NCBI GenBank assembly: GCA_963827475.1
Contig: CAWHAZ010000003.1
Span: forward strand, 1-64,000
Origin: an uncultured Chloroflexia bacterium
GTDB lineage: Bacteria; Chloroflexota; Limnocylindria; QHBO01
Reading direction: 5' to 3'
Length of the DNA: 64,000 nucleotides
Translations under genes and position numbers: made by a program
Shown here: piece by piece, positions 30,936 through 41,594 of the stretch
How the letters are laid out: each line of letters begins with the position of its first letter
Numbering within the stretch: the stretch's first letter is position 1
The notes under the pieces: model-generated
Told to the model about the DNA's origin: nothing
Database searches by the model: none
The model's input: only the letters and a program-made list of their open reading frames with translations

Positions 30936-32041
30936 GGCGGCCCCTCCTCCTCGGCCAGCTCGAGGAGCCGCGCGACGAGGTCGGCGAACGTGATGCCGGC
31001 CAGCTCGGCCTGCTTGGGAAACATCGAGGTCGCGGTGAAGCCGGGGATGGTGTTCATCTCGGAGATGAAGACCTCGTCGGGCGTGGCGAGGAAGTCGACC
31101 CGGGCCATGCCCCGCGCGTCGACCGCGCGGTAGGCGGCCAGCGACAGCTCCCGCAGCCGGGTGGCCAGCTCGGGGTCGACCTCGGCGCGTGGGACGACCT
31201 CGGCCAGGCCGGGAACGTACTTGGCCTCGTAGTCGTACAGCTCGTGGTGGCTGACGATCTCGCCCGGCTCGAAGACGACCGGGTCCTCGTTGCCGAGCAC
31301 CCCGCACTCGAACTCGCGCGCGTTCGGGACGTAGGCCTCGACAAGGACCTTCGTGTCCCAGCGGAACGCCTCCTCGACGGCCGCGGGCAGCTCCTCCGGA
31401 GCATGGGCGAGGGTCATGCCCACGCTGCTGCCCAGGCGGGCCGGCTTGACCACCGCCTGCTGGCCGATGCGGGTCGCGATGTCGTCGAGGACCCGCTGCG
31501 GGGACCGCCGCCAAGCGGCGCGCGAGAAGGACACGTAGGTCACCACCGGCAGGCCGTGGCCGCGCATGAGGTCCTTGAACACGACCTTGTCCATGGCCAC
31601 CGCGCTGGCGAGCACGCCGGCGCCGGTGTACGGGATCCCGGCCAGCTCGAGGAGGCCCTGCAGCGTCCCGTCCTCGCCGTAGGGCCCGTGAATGGCGATG
31701 AAGGCGACGTCGATCGCGTCGCCCAGGGCCCGGAGCGCGGCGCGCGCCTGGACAGCGGCCGGCGCGGTCGTGACCGGCAGGGTGACCTGTCCCGCGTCGA
31801 GCCGGGCGCTGTGCTCGCTGATCGACTCCACCCCGAGCTGGTCCGCGAGGCTATCCCCTGTTCCGAGCACCGCCGCCGGTCCTGCCGGCAGGTGCCAGCC
31901 GCCGGCAGGGTCGATGTAGATCAGGTACGGCTGGTACCGATCGCGATCGATCTCGCGCAGGATGGCCTCGGCCGACGCGATGCTGACCTCGTGCTCGGCC
32001 GAGCGGCCGCCGGCGAAGATGCCGATCCGGCGCCGGGTCAT
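30932..32041 (-). CDS. ddl: D-alanine--D-alanine ligase
   Basis: GGRSAEHEVS, HGPYGEDGTLQG, KPARLGSSVG, YDYEAKY, EMNTIPGFT. Confidence 0.96.
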   Translation of the reverse strand: MTRRRIGIFAGGRSAEHEVSIASAEAILREIDRDRYQPYLIYIDPAGGWHLPAGPAAVLGTGDSLADQLGVESISEHSARLDAGQVTLPVTTAPAAVQARAALRALGDAIDVAFIAIHGPYGEDGTLQGLLELAGIPYTGAGVLASAVAMDKVVFKDLMRGHGLPVVTYVSFSRAAWRRSPQRVLDDIATRIGQQAVVKPARLGSSVGMTLAHAPEELPAAVEEAFRWDTKVLVEAYVPNAREFECGVLGNEDPVVFEPGEIVSHHELYDYEAKYVPGLAEVVPRAEVDPELATRLRELSLAAYRAVDARGMARVDFLATPDEVFISEMNTIPGFTATSMFPKQAELAGITFADLVARLLELAEEEGPP

Positions 32042-32991
32042 GACTCCGGCTCCCAGGCGCCGACGAACTCGATCTCGTACTCGAGCTGGATCCCGGCCGC
32101 CTCGTGCACGGTGCTCCGCACCCGGTCGGCCAGCCGTCGGACGTCGGCGGCGCGCCCGTCCCGGTCGGTGACGATGAAGTTCGCGTGCCGGGTGCTGACC
32201 GATGCCGTCCCGACCTGCAGGCCCTTCAACCCGGCCGCGTCGATCAGCCGACCGGCGTGGTCGCCCGGCGGATTCCGGAAGACGCTGCCCGCGTTCTGCT
32301 CCGCCAGCGGCTGGGTTGCCTGGCGTTGGGCCTGGAATGCGGTGACCCGGCCGGCGACCGCGGCCGTGTCGTCGGGCTCCAGCCGCAGGTCGGCGGAGAT
32401 GACGACCGTCGCCTCGTGCTTGAAACGAGACTCTCGATAGCCGAAGGCGCACTCTGCCGGTTGCAACCGGCGGAGGTCACCACTCCGCGGGTCCCAGGTC
32501 TCGACCGACGCGAGGCGATCCCCCATCTCGCCGCCGTGGGCTCCGGCGTTGGCCCAGACCGCGCCGCCCACCGTGCCGGGGACGGCAATCCCCCACTCCA
32601 GCCCGGTGAGGCCGGCGGCGGCGGCGCGCTTGACGAGGAGGGCCATCGGGGCCCCGGCATCGGCTGTCAGGAGGGCGCCGTCAATGGCGACCGCGCGGGC
32701 TCGGTTCCGGATGACGACGCCGCGCACGCCGGCGTCGGCGACGACGAGGTTGCTGCCGTTGCCGATGATGAACCACGGCACCTCCGCCTCACGCGCCGCG
32801 GCGAGGACCGCGAGCAGCTCGTCGCGGGATCGAGGCTCCACCAGTCGGTCCGCCGGCCCACCCACGCGGAGGGTGGTCATCGGGGCCAGCGGCGCGTCGG
32901 GGCGGACCTCGATCAGGCGATCGGCGGCTACCCGGTCGAAGCGGGCGAGCGCGGCGGCACGGGCGGGATCGATGGAAGCTGACACCGTCAT
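32038..32991 (-). CDS. murB: UDP-N-acetylenolpyruvoylglucosamine reductase
   Basis: [44 protein letters not shown]. Confidence 0.95.
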   Translation of the reverse strand: MTVSASIDPARAAALARFDRVAADRLIEVRPDAPLAPMTTLRVGGPADRLVEPRSRDELLAVLAAAREAEVPWFIIGNGSNLVVADAGVRGVVIRNRARAVAIDGALLTADAGAPMALLVKRAAAAGLTGLEWGIAVPGTVGGAVWANAGAHGGEMGDRLASVETWDPRSGDLRRLQPAECAFGYRESRFKHEATVVISADLRLEPDDTAAVAGRVTAFQAQRQATQPLAEQNAGSVFRNPPGDHAGRLIDAAGLKGLQVGTASVSTRHANFIVTDRDGRAADVRRLADRVRSTVHEAAGIQLEYEIEFVGAWEPES

Positions 32992-34088
32992 GCGGCCGCA
33001 TCCGCCAGGTCGAGAAGGGCGGAGGCCACGTCCCGCGCCGCGTCGGGGCGGCCGAGGCCGCTCGCCGCGGCCGCCATCCGGCCGCGCAGGGCGTCGTCGC
33101 GCAGGGCGGCGACCTCGTCCCGCAGCCGCTCGCCGGTGAGCTCCGCGTCCGCGACAGCCACCGCCGCGCCGTGGTCCGCGAGCCAGGCGGCGTTGGCCGC
33201 CTGGTGGCCATGGGCGTACGGATACGGCACGAGGATGGAGGCCACCCCGACCGCGGCCACCTCGGCGCAGGTGGACGAGCCGGCCCGCCCGAGGACGAGG
33301 TCGGCGGCGACGAGGGTGGCCGCCATCCGATCGGTCAGGAACGGCTCCGGCCGGTAGCGCTCCCGCAACGGTCCCTTGAGTTGATCGCGCGCAACCGTGG
33401 CGGCTTCCATCCCGGCCTCGCCCGCGACGTGGACCACGACCCAGTCCTCGACCAGGGCGGGGAGGGCCTCCTCCAGCGCGGCGGTGAGGCGGGCCACCGC
33501 CTGCGACCCGCCGAAGACGAGGAGCATCCGATCGTCGTCCTCCAGCCCCACAGCCGCGCGGGCGGCCGCGCGGTCCAGCCCGGCGAAGGAACGGATGGGG
33601 GTGCCCGTCACGAACGCCCGCGGGCCAAATGCCTCGGCCGTGGGCGGGAAGGCCACCGCCATCCGGGTGGCGAAGCGCCCGATGGCCCGCGTGGCGCGGC
33701 CCGGCACGACGTTGCCTTCCCACACGATGGTCGGGACCCCGCGCGCCCGCGCGCCCGCCACCAGCGGAACGGCGAGGTAGCCGCCGGTGGAAAAGACGGC
33801 CGCCGGCCGCAGGCGGCCGAGCAGGCGCCAGGCCTGGGGCGTGGCCGCGGCCAGCCTGAGCGGGTCGAGCACGGTGTGGTGGCTCCGGCCGGCGGAGCGC
33901 AGGGAACGGACCGTCAACTGGTGGTACGGCAGATCGCCGGCGTCCCCCACCAGCCGGCGCTCGAAGCCGCGCACACCGCCCACGTACGCGAGCTCAGCGC
34001 CGGGGCGCAGCTCGCGCAGGGCGCTGACGACGGCCAGTGCGGGGTAGATGTGCCCGCCGGTCCCGCCGCCTGAGATCACCAAGCGCAT
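32988..34088 (-). CDS. murG: lipid II GlcNAc transferase
   Basis: [33 protein letters not shown]. Confidence 0.96.
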   Translation of the reverse strand: MRLVISGGGTGGHIYPALAVVSALRELRPGAELAYVGGVRGFERRLVGDAGDLPYHQLTVRSLRSAGRSHHTVLDPLRLAAATPQAWRLLGRLRPAAVFSTGGYLAVPLVAGARARGVPTIVWEGNVVPGRATRAIGRFATRMAVAFPPTAEAFGPRAFVTGTPIRSFAGLDRAAARAAVGLEDDDRMLLVFGGSQAVARLTAALEEALPALVEDWVVVHVAGEAGMEAATVARDQLKGPLRERYRPEPFLTDRMAATLVAADLVLGRAGSSTCAEVAAVGVASILVPYPYAHGHQAANAAWLADHGAAVAVADAELTGERLRDEVAALRDDALRGRMAAAASGLGRPDAARDVASALLDLADAAA

Positions 34089-35259
34089 CGAGCACCGATC
34101 CTGTCTGAGCCTCGCGACTGATCGAGAGCAGAATCCCGACCGCCACCAGGTTGATGATGAGCGCCGTTCCGCCGTAGCTGATGAACGGCAGGGGGATGCC
34201 CGTGATCGGCCACAGAGCCGTCACGACCATCATGTTGATGGCCGCCTGAGCCACGAGCCAGGTCGTGATCCCCGCCGCCAGCAACCCGGAGAAGGTGTCG
34301 GGCGCATGGATCGCGATCCGATAGCCCTGCCACGCGATGACCAGGAACAGGCACAGGACGATCATCGTCCCGATCAGGCCCCATTCCTCCCCGATGATCG
34401 CGTAGATGAAGTCGGTGGACGGGGCGGGCAGGTACAGATACTTCTGCCGGCTGGCGCCCAGCCCGACCCCGGCCAGGCCCCCCATGGCCAGCGCCATCAG
34501 CGCCTGCATCGTGTTATAGCCCGCCCCCAGCGGGTCCCGTTCGGGGTCGAGGAAGGTGGTGACCCGAGCCAGCTGGTACGGCGTCCGGCTGACGAAGAGG
34601 GCCGCGGCGGCGAGCACCGCTCCACCAACCACGAACAGCCCGGTCAGTCGGGCGCCTGACATGAAGAACACCGCGAACGCCGCCGCGATGTAGATCCCGG
34701 CCGTGCCGAGGTCCGGCTCGAAGAGGATGAGGAGGAAGCCCGGCGCGACGAGCAGCCCGAACGGGATGAGCCCGCCCCGGAATCCGTGCGCCTCCCGGCC
34801 CCGCCGGTCGAGCCAATGCGCGAGATACAGGACGATCGCCAGCTTGGCCACCTCCGCCGGCTGGAAGCGGCCGATGATCGGGATCTCCAGCCAGCGCCGC
34901 GAGCCGCCCGACTCGAACCCGAGGGACGGGACGAGGACCAGCGCCAGCATCGCGATCGCCGCGAAGTAGGCGGGCAACGCGAAGTACCGATAGAGGCGGA
35001 AGTCGATCCGACTGACGATGACCATCGCGGTCAGACCGATGGCCGCGAAGATCGCCTGTGCGATGCCGTACCGCGCCGGGTCATCGCTGGTCAGGAGGGC
35101 GTTGATGCTGGACGCGGAGTAGACCATCACCACGCCGATCGCGACCAGCGACATGACGGCGATGACGAGGGGGAGCGCCACCCGGCGACGCTCCCGCTGA
35201 ACGCCACGGGTCCGAGCCCCCCGGCGGGCGGCCGGGGCTACGCCAACGGCGGTCGTCAC
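33994..35259 (-). CDS. ftsW: peptidoglycan glycosyltransferase FtsW
   Basis: MVYSAS, FQPAEVAK, EPDLGT, TDFIYAIIGEEWG, PLPFISYGG; GTG 35259; C-terminus overlaps murG by 95 bp. Confidence 0.95.
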   Translation of the reverse strand: MTTAVGVAPAARRGARTRGVQRERRRVALPLVIAVMSLVAIGVVMVYSASSINALLTSDDPARYGIAQAIFAAIGLTAMVIVSRIDFRLYRYFALPAYFAAIAMLALVLVPSLGFESGGSRRWLEIPIIGRFQPAEVAKLAIVLYLAHWLDRRGREAHGFRGGLIPFGLLVAPGFLLILFEPDLGTAGIYIAAAFAVFFMSGARLTGLFVVGGAVLAAAALFVSRTPYQLARVTTFLDPERDPLGAGYNTMQALMALAMGGLAGVGLGASRQKYLYLPAPSTDFIYAIIGEEWGLIGTMIVLCLFLVIAWQGYRIAIHAPDTFSGLLAAGITTWLVAQAAINMMVVTALWPITGIPLPFISYGGTALIINLVAVGILLSISREAQTGSVLDALGDLRRRDRRAHLPRTGRRQRPARAAPRR

Positions 35260-36695
35260 GAACGCTCCTCCCCGCTCGGCAGGCTCGCGACCGCCGCCCG
35301 GAACGCATCGCCGCGAGCCGCGTAGTCCACGAACATGTCGAAGCTGGCCGCCGCCGGCGCGAGGAGGACCACGTCCCCGGCCCGCGCCGCCCCGGTCGCC
35401 GCGGTGACGGCATCGTCCATGGAGCCGGCCCGCAGGACCGGGACGCGGCCGTCGACCAGGCGCTCGAGCTCTTCGGCCGTCTCCCCGATGAGGACCGCTG
35501 CCCGACACCGCTCCGCGATCGCATCGGCGAAGGTGTCGTAGGCCAGACCCTTGCCCTGGCCGCCGGCGATGACCACCAGCCCACGGTCGCCGAACGCCTC
35601 CAGGGCCGCGATGGCCGCGATCGGGATGGTGGCCTGCGAGTCGTTCACGTACTCGATGCCGGCGCGCGTCCCGAGCGGCTCGAGGCGATGCGGCACACCG
35701 CCAAAGCTGCGGATGCCGGCGGCCACGGCCGTCGTGTTCGCCCCCGCCAGGCGGGACGCGACCGCAGCGGCGAGGACGTCGCGCAGGAGGTGCTCACCGC
35801 GCAGCGGCACCTGGTCGCGAGGGAGGACACGCTCCCCGCCGACCACGACCCAGCCATCCTCGACCCAGGCGTCGGCGCCGGGACGGGACTCGAGCCCGTA
35901 CCAGTGGACCCGGGCGTCGGGCAGCGAGCCGGCGATCGCCACGCAGCCGGGGTCGTCCCGGTTGAGGACCAGTGCCCCGTCGGCGGCCGAGAGCTCGGCC
36001 AGGCGCCGCTTCACGGCCCGGTAGGCGTCCACGCTGCCGTGGCGGTCGAGGTGGTCGGCAAGGACGTTGGTGTAGACCGCGATGTCGGCCCCCCGGCTCA
36101 GCGTCGGGAGCTGGAGCTCGGAGAGCTCGAGCACGGCCCAGGTCCGGCGACTCAGCCGGTCGGCCTCCTCGATGAGCGGGACGCCGATGTTGCCTCCCAG
36201 CCGATGCGGCACCCGCGCGGCGGCGAGCATCGAGGCGACCAGGGACGCCGTGGTCGTCTTCCCCTTGGTCCCGGTCACGGCGAGCACCTGGGCTCGGGTC
36301 AGGCGCAGGAACAGGTCAACCTCGCCGACGATCGGCGTGCCGGCTGCCTCGGCATCGGTCAGCGCTTCGCGAAGCCACGGATCGGTGGTCGGGAAGCGGG
36401 ATGACACCGACGGGCTGGTGACCACCAGGTCGGCCTCGGCCAGCAGGGCGCGCACGCGCTCCGGCTCGGCCGCGGCGACCACCGTCACCGGTCGATCCTC
36501 GAGGGCGGCGACCGCGTCGGCCAGATCGGATGCGGGCCGCCGGTCGTAGACCGTCACGACCGCCCCGGCGTCCGCCAGGAATCGGGCGGCGGCGATGCCG
36601 GACCGGGCGAAACCGAGGACCAGCGCCTGCCGGCCGGCCAGGTCCGCGCGACTGGAGGGGAGGGCGCGGCTGGTGGGTGGCGTTGACATCGGCAT
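35256..36695 (-). CDS. murD: UDP-MurNAc-L-Ala--D-Glu ligase
   Basis: LGFARSG, VTGTKGKTTT, GGNIG, DHLDRH, PHRLE, NDSQAT, APAAASFDMF. Confidence 0.96.
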   Translation of the reverse strand: MPMSTPPTSRALPSSRADLAGRQALVLGFARSGIAAARFLADAGAVVTVYDRRPASDLADAVAALEDRPVTVVAAAEPERVRALLAEADLVVTSPSVSSRFPTTDPWLREALTDAEAAGTPIVGEVDLFLRLTRAQVLAVTGTKGKTTTASLVASMLAAARVPHRLGGNIGVPLIEEADRLSRRTWAVLELSELQLPTLSRGADIAVYTNVLADHLDRHGSVDAYRAVKRRLAELSAADGALVLNRDDPGCVAIAGSLPDARVHWYGLESRPGADAWVEDGWVVVGGERVLPRDQVPLRGEHLLRDVLAAAVASRLAGANTTAVAAGIRSFGGVPHRLEPLGTRAGIEYVNDSQATIPIAAIAALEAFGDRGLVVIAGGQGKGLAYDTFADAIAERCRAAVLIGETAEELERLVDGRVPVLRAGSMDDAVTAATGAARAGDVVLLAPAAASFDMFVDYAARGDAFRAAVASLPSGEERS

Positions 36696-37675
36696 CACGA
36701 CAACCCGGTCGAGGCCAGGAACAGGCTGACGCCGAGCAGCGCAGCCAGGGCAGCGACGATCCAGAAGCGGAGGGTGATCTTCGTCTCCGCCCAACCGAGC
36801 AGCTCGAAATGGTGCTGGAGGGGGGCCATCCGGAAGATCCGCTTGCCGCGGGTCTTGTAGGACGCGACCTGGAGGATGACCGATACCGTCACGGCCACGA
36901 AGACGATGCCGATGATCACGAGCAGGAGCAGCTGGCCGGTGATCGTCGCCACCACCGCCAGCGTCGCGCCCAGCGAGAGCGCCCCCGCGTCGCCCATGAA
37001 GATCTGGGCCGGGTGGACGTTGAACCACAGGAACCCGAGCAAAGCGCCGATGAGCAGCGCGCAGAACACGGCGAGGTTCGGCTGGGACAGCTTCTGGCCC
37101 GGGACCTCGACCAGGGCGATCAGCAGGTAGGCGACGAAGCTGAAGACGAGGACGCCGGAGGCCAGGCCGTCGAGGCCGTCGGTCAGGTTGACCGCGTTGG
37201 ACATGGCCACGATGGCGAAGGCCACGAAGACGATGACCGCCACGGCCCCGACGGCCAGCTCGCCGAGGAGGGGGACGTTGATGGCGGTGATGTCGAAGTG
37301 GCGCTGGATGTAGACCGCGGCCAGGATGCCGACCACCGTCTGCCAGACGAGCTTGTAGCGGCCCCGCACGCCGAAGCCGGTGCGGACGTTCACGTAGTCG
37401 TCGATGGCACCGAGGATGCCAACCCCGACCAGGGTCAGCATGGGGGTCAGGGTGCTGACGTCCTCGAGGCGCATGGCCATGGCCAGGAACATCACGACCA
37501 GCACGATGAGCATCCCGCCGAGGGTCGGCGTCCCGGCCTTGATCGCGTGGCTCGCCGGCCCCTCCGCCCGGATGGACTTGCCGAAGCCGAGCCGCTGGAG
37601 GAGGCGGATGTAGATCGGGCCGAGCAACACCATGCCGCCGAAGGCGAGGAGGATGGCGAGGAGGAGCGAGACCAT
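36695..37675 (-). CDS. mraY: phospho-N-acetylmuramoyl-pentapeptide transferase
   Basis: KAGTPTLGG, DD, NAVNLTDGLDGL, IFMGDAG, MAPLQHHFE. Confidence 0.97.
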   Translation of the reverse strand: MVSLLLAILLAFGGMVLLGPIYIRLLQRLGFGKSIRAEGPASHAIKAGTPTLGGMLIVLVVMFLAMAMRLEDVSTLTPMLTLVGVGILGAIDDYVNVRTGFGVRGRYKLVWQTVVGILAAVYIQRHFDITAINVPLLGELAVGAVAVIVFVAFAIVAMSNAVNLTDGLDGLASGVLVFSFVAYLLIALVEVPGQKLSQPNLAVFCALLIGALLGFLWFNVHPAQIFMGDAGALSLGATLAVVATITGQLLLLVIIGIVFVAVTVSVILQVASYKTRGKRIFRMAPLQHHFELLGWAETKITLRFWIVAALAALLGVSLFLASTGLS

Positions 37676-37678
37676 TGG

Positions 37679-39124
37679 TCAGTGCTCCTCGTCGTCGCGG
37701 CCGGTGAGCGCCGCCACCAGCCGGTCGAGCGCGATGCCGCGCGAGCCCTTGACCAGCAGCACGTCGCCGGCGGTCGGGCTCAGGATCTGATCGACCACGG
37801 CCAGTGCGGCGTCGGCGTCCGGGGCAGTGGCCACCGGCGCCAGGCCCGCGGCCCTGGCGGCCTCCGCGATCCACGCTCCCCGCTCCCCGACCGCCACCAG
37901 TCCGTCGAGGACAGCGGCGGCTTCGACGCCGATCCGCTCATGCAGGGCGCGCTCGTCCGGGCCGAGCTCGAGCATGTCGCCGAGGACCGCGAGCCTTCGG
38001 CCGCTGCCGACCGGCGTCTCGGCGAGGAACGCGAGAGCGGCAGAGACCGACACCGGCGACGCGTTGTACGTGTCGTCGACGAGCGTGGCTCCCCCGGGGA
38101 GCTCCTCGATCGCCATCCGGTGCGGGGCGCGGCTGCCGGCCTCCAGCGCGGCCGCGACCTCGGCCAGCGGGACGGCGAAGTGCTCCGCCACCGCGGCCGC
38201 GGCCAGCGCGTGCGGCACGAGGTGTCGTCCGGGAGCAGCGCTCCGGACCCGTCGGCTGCCCCACGGGGCGACGAGGGTGAAGGTGACCCCGTCCACACCC
38301 TCCGAGACGAGGTCCGTGGCCCGCACGTCCGCCCCCTCGCCGAGGCCGAACGTCCGCACCGCAGCCGGCGTCCCGGCGGCCATGGCCGCCACTCGCGGGT
38401 CGTCCGCGTTCAGGACGGCGAGGCCGTCGCTCGGCAGTCCCCGCGGCAGCTCCGACTTGGCTTCGGCGATCCGCTCCAGGCTTCCGGCTCGCTCGAGGTG
38501 CGTGGGATGGACCGCCAAGACCACGCCGACCTCGGGCCGGCTGATCTCCACCAGGCGGCTGATCTCCCCGACCGTGTACATCCCCATCTCGAGGACGGCG
38601 ACCTGGTGCCCCGGCTCGAGATGGAGGAGGGTCATCGGCAGGCCGGTCTCCGAGTTCAGGTTGCCCTCGTTGCGCAGGACGGACAGGGTCCGGGCCAGCA
38701 CATCGGCGGTGACCTCCTTGGCCAGGGTCTTTCCGGTCGACCCGGTGATCCCCACCACCCGAACGGCGAAGCGGTCCCGCCACCAGGCCGCGAGGTCCTG
38801 GAAGGCCCGGAGGCTGTCGGCGACGCGGACGACGGCCGCATCGGTTCCCGCCGGGAGGCTGACCTCGCGTTCGACGAGCGCGGCCACGGCGCCGGCGGCC
38901 AGGGCGTCGGAAACGAAACGGTGGCCGTCGGTCCGCTCACCGGGGAGCGCCACGAACAGCGTCCCGGGCGTGACCTTCCGGGAATCGACGACGGCAAGGC
39001 GGAAGGACCGGACTGTGGTCGGGGCCTGCAGCCGGCCGCCGGTGGCGGCCAGCAGGTCGTCAATGCGGATCGGCGCGGGCACGCGGTTTCCTGCGGCGTT
39101 CGGCGGCGAGTCTATCAGCCTCAT
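37679..39124 (-). CDS. murF: UDP-MurNAc-tripeptide--D-Ala-D-Ala ligase
   Basis: DSRKV, GERTDGHRF, ITGSTGKT, LEMGM, DDTYNASP, LGDMLELG, VKGSRG. Confidence 0.95.
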   Translation of the reverse strand: MRLIDSPPNAAGNRVPAPIRIDDLLAATGGRLQAPTTVRSFRLAVVDSRKVTPGTLFVALPGERTDGHRFVSDALAAGAVAALVEREVSLPAGTDAAVVRVADSLRAFQDLAAWWRDRFAVRVVGITGSTGKTLAKEVTADVLARTLSVLRNEGNLNSETGLPMTLLHLEPGHQVAVLEMGMYTVGEISRLVEISRPEVGVVLAVHPTHLERAGSLERIAEAKSELPRGLPSDGLAVLNADDPRVAAMAAGTPAAVRTFGLGEGADVRATDLVSEGVDGVTFTLVAPWGSRRVRSAAPGRHLVPHALAAAAVAEHFAVPLAEVAAALEAGSRAPHRMAIEELPGGATLVDDTYNASPVSVSAALAFLAETPVGSGRRLAVLGDMLELGPDERALHERIGVEAAAVLDGLVAVGERGAWIAEAARAAGLAPVATAPDADAALAVVDQILSPTAGDVLLVKGSRGIALDRLVAALTGRDDEEH

Positions 39125-40935
39125 GGGTGCGCCACGCCCGGCGCGGCTCGGTCCGGCGGGATGCCGAAGTAGTCGAAGACCAGGGGCGCCAGCTGGGAGA
39201 AGGCGACGTCCGACCGCTCACCGATTCCGGATCGACTCACCGCCGGGCGGTGGATGAGGATCATCATCACGAACCGGGGGTTCGAGGCCGGCGCGATCCC
39301 GATGAAGCTCGAGTCGATCCAGCCCTCGATGTAGGCCTGCCGGGTGATCTCCTCGTAGACCGGCTGCCCGCTGGCATCGGTACCGGTCTGGACCGTGACG
39401 GTGACCGGGCCCGCGACCTGGGCCGTTCCGGTCTTGCCGGCAATCGAGTAGCCGGGCACCGCGGCCGCGCTGGCGATGCCGTTGTCGATGGCTCCGGTGA
39501 GCATCTCGAGCACGGTGGCGGCCGTCTCGGGCTCCATGACCTGCTCGGGCTCGGGGAGCGGGCGCGGGGTGAATGCCCCGTCGCCGTCGGTCCAGCCGGC
39601 CACGACGTGGGGGGTGACCAGCTCCCCGCCGTTGGCGATGGCGGCGTAGGCGGCCGCCATCTGGAGAACGGTGACCGAGAGGCCCTGCCCGAACGCGTTC
39701 TGGGCGGTCGTGACCTCCTTCGCCGCGCCCGGGTCGTCGGGGTGGTGCACGACCCCGGTCGCCTCGCCGGCAATGTCCACCCCGGTCGGCTGCCCGAACC
39801 CATAGCGCAGCAACGCGTCGTACAGGCGCTGCCCGCCGAGGGTCAGCCCGATGGTGGCCGCTCCCACGTTGTTCGACATGGCGAGGACCTGGGCCGGGGT
39901 GATCAGGCCGTGGCCGTTCGGGTACCACTCGCGGTCCGCGTTGCTGATCGTGACGTCGTAGACCTTGAGCTTGTTGTCGTCGAGGAACAGGTCGGTCGGG
40001 GTGATCGCCCCCGCGTCGAGCGCGGCCGCCACGGTCATCGCCTTGAGCACCGATCCGGGCTCGTACTGGCGGCTGACCGCCGGGCTCGAGAACAGCGCCG
40101 GGTCGGTCGTGGGGTAGGCGTTGGCGTCGAAGGTCGGGACCGAGGCGAGGGCGAGGATGGCCCCGCTGTGGACGTCCATGACCAGGCCGGTCACGCCCTT
40201 GGCCTTGTTCCGGGTGTAGTTGTCGAGCATCTGCTCCTCGAGCAGATGCTGGAGCCCGGCATCGATGGTGAGCGTGACGTCAGCGCCGTTCACCGCCGCC
40301 TCCAGCTCGTGGACCGATCCGGCGATGAGCCGGCCGGCGACGTCCTCCTGGGCCACGACGGAGCCGGGCGTGCCGGCCAGGACCGCGTCCTCCGCTCCCT
40401 CGACGCCGTACTGACCGACTCCGTCGACGTTCACGAAACCGAGGACCTGGGCGCCGAGCGTGGTCCCGGGCACCGCACCGTTCATGGTGTAGACCCGGCG
40501 CGGCTCGGTGACCAGTCCGATTCCCGGCAGGCTCAGGGCCCGCACCCGGGTGGCGGTTTCGGGGCTGACCCGGCGGCTGAGCCATGTCCACGCGGCATCG
40601 CTGGCGAGCGTGGCCTCCAGCTGGGCTGGGTCGGCCCCCAGGACCGCGCCGAGCATGCGCGCCGCGCGCGCGGGATCGGTGACGGTCGGCGGGGTCGCGA
40701 ACACCGACTCCGTGGTGAGCGATGTGGCCAGGATCAGGCCCTCGCGGTCATAGATGAGGCCGCGGGCCGCGGGGATCTGCTGCACGTGGGCCAGCTGCGC
40801 GAGGCCCATGTCCGCCAGCCGCTCCCGGTCGATGACCTGCCACCACACGAGCCGGTAGCCGATCAGGCCGGCGACGAGGGTCACGACGACCAACATCACC
40901 ACCGCCCGGACTCGACTGTCGGTTCTGGCAAGCAT
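39121..40935 (-). CDS. ftsI: class B penicillin-binding protein (divisome transpeptidase)
   Basis: RGLIYDR, YEPGSVLK (SxxK), SNN (SxN), AGKTGTAQ (KTG). Confidence 0.93.
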   Translation of the reverse strand: MLARTDSRVRAVVMLVVVTLVAGLIGYRLVWWQVIDRERLADMGLAQLAHVQQIPAARGLIYDREGLILATSLTTESVFATPPTVTDPARAARMLGAVLGADPAQLEATLASDAAWTWLSRRVSPETATRVRALSLPGIGLVTEPRRVYTMNGAVPGTTLGAQVLGFVNVDGVGQYGVEGAEDAVLAGTPGSVVAQEDVAGRLIAGSVHELEAAVNGADVTLTIDAGLQHLLEEQMLDNYTRNKAKGVTGLVMDVHSGAILALASVPTFDANAYPTTDPALFSSPAVSRQYEPGSVLKAMTVAAALDAGAITPTDLFLDDNKLKVYDVTISNADREWYPNGHGLITPAQVLAMSNNVGAATIGLTLGGQRLYDALLRYGFGQPTGVDIAGEATGVVHHPDDPGAAKEVTTAQNAFGQGLSVTVLQMAAAYAAIANGGELVTPHVVAGWTDGDGAFTPRPLPEPEQVMEPETAATVLEMLTGAIDNGIASAAAVPGYSIAGKTGTAQVAGPVTVTVQTGTDASGQPVYEEITRQAYIEGWIDSSFIGIAPASNPRFVMMILIHRPAVSRSGIGERSDVAFSQLAPLVFDYFGIPPDRAAPGVAHP

Positions 40936-40970
40936 TGGCAGCTCCGGGTCGCGCGCCGGGCGAGCGACGG

Positions 40971-41387
40971 TTACGGGTGGTGGTCAGACGATGGGCTGGC
41001 GAAGTGGACCGATTCGTCCGGAAGAGGCGTCAGGCCGAGCGCGGCGGCCCGCGCCTCGATGGTGGCCGGCGACTGCGCCTGGCCGATCTGGAGGAGGAGC
41101 GCCTGGCGCTCCGCCTCCAGCAGCTCGAGCTGGGCTTCGAGCCGCTGGATCTGGTAGCCGGTGCTGGCGATCCGGCTGGACTGGGTCAGGTACAGCCCGC
41201 CCAGCAGGGCGGACACGACGATCACGACCAGCGCCAGCGACAGGCCAGCGGCGCGGCGCCGGGAAGAGGCGCGACGGAGCCGGTAGCCACGGGCCGACCG
41301 CGCGCTGCGCGTGTTGCGCAGCGGGCGCCGGAATCCCCAGTCGATGTCCCCCAGGACACCGGCTGGGCGAGCGCCAATGGCGGCCAT
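40971..41387 (-). CDS. ftsL: FtsL-like bitopic cell division protein
   Basis: Basic N-terminus, one TM segment, leucine-heptad coiled coil, IEARAAALGL; directly upstream of ftsI. Confidence 0.75.
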   Translation of the reverse strand: MAAIGARPAGVLGDIDWGFRRPLRNTRSARSARGYRLRRASSRRRAAGLSLALVVIVVSALLGGLYLTQSSRIASTGYQIQRLEAQLELLEAERQALLLQIGQAQSPATIEARAAALGLTPLPDESVHFASPSSDHHP

Positions 41388-41399
41388 GGCAGCGGCGGC

Positions 41400-41594
41400 T
41401 CAGGCGGCCGCGGGACGGCCCTGCAGACGCAGGGTCCAGGATGGCGGCGGCTCTTCGGCAACCGGCTCTTCCTCGATCGCGGCCCAGTCGGCGGGCTCGC
41501 GTTCGACCCGGAGCCGGCGCTCGCGGATCTCCCGCTGGCGGGCGTTGTACGCCCGGCGGCGGCTGCCGTGGTGACGTGGACGACCTCGACTCAT
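41400..41594 (-). CDS. hypothetical 64-aa protein inside the dcw operon
   Basis: ATG overlaps the rsmH stop (ATGA) with GGAGG upstream; stops 12 bp before ftsL. Confidence 0.6.
   Translation of the reverse strand: MSRGRPRHHGSRRRAYNARQREIRERRLRVEREPADWAAIEEEPVAEEPPPSWTLRLQGRPAAA

Noticed and set aside
33994-34088. 95-bp ftsW/murG overlap as a dual-coding novelty
   Set aside because: The FtsW extension is low-complexity run-on past the conserved end, common in high-GC dcw clusters.
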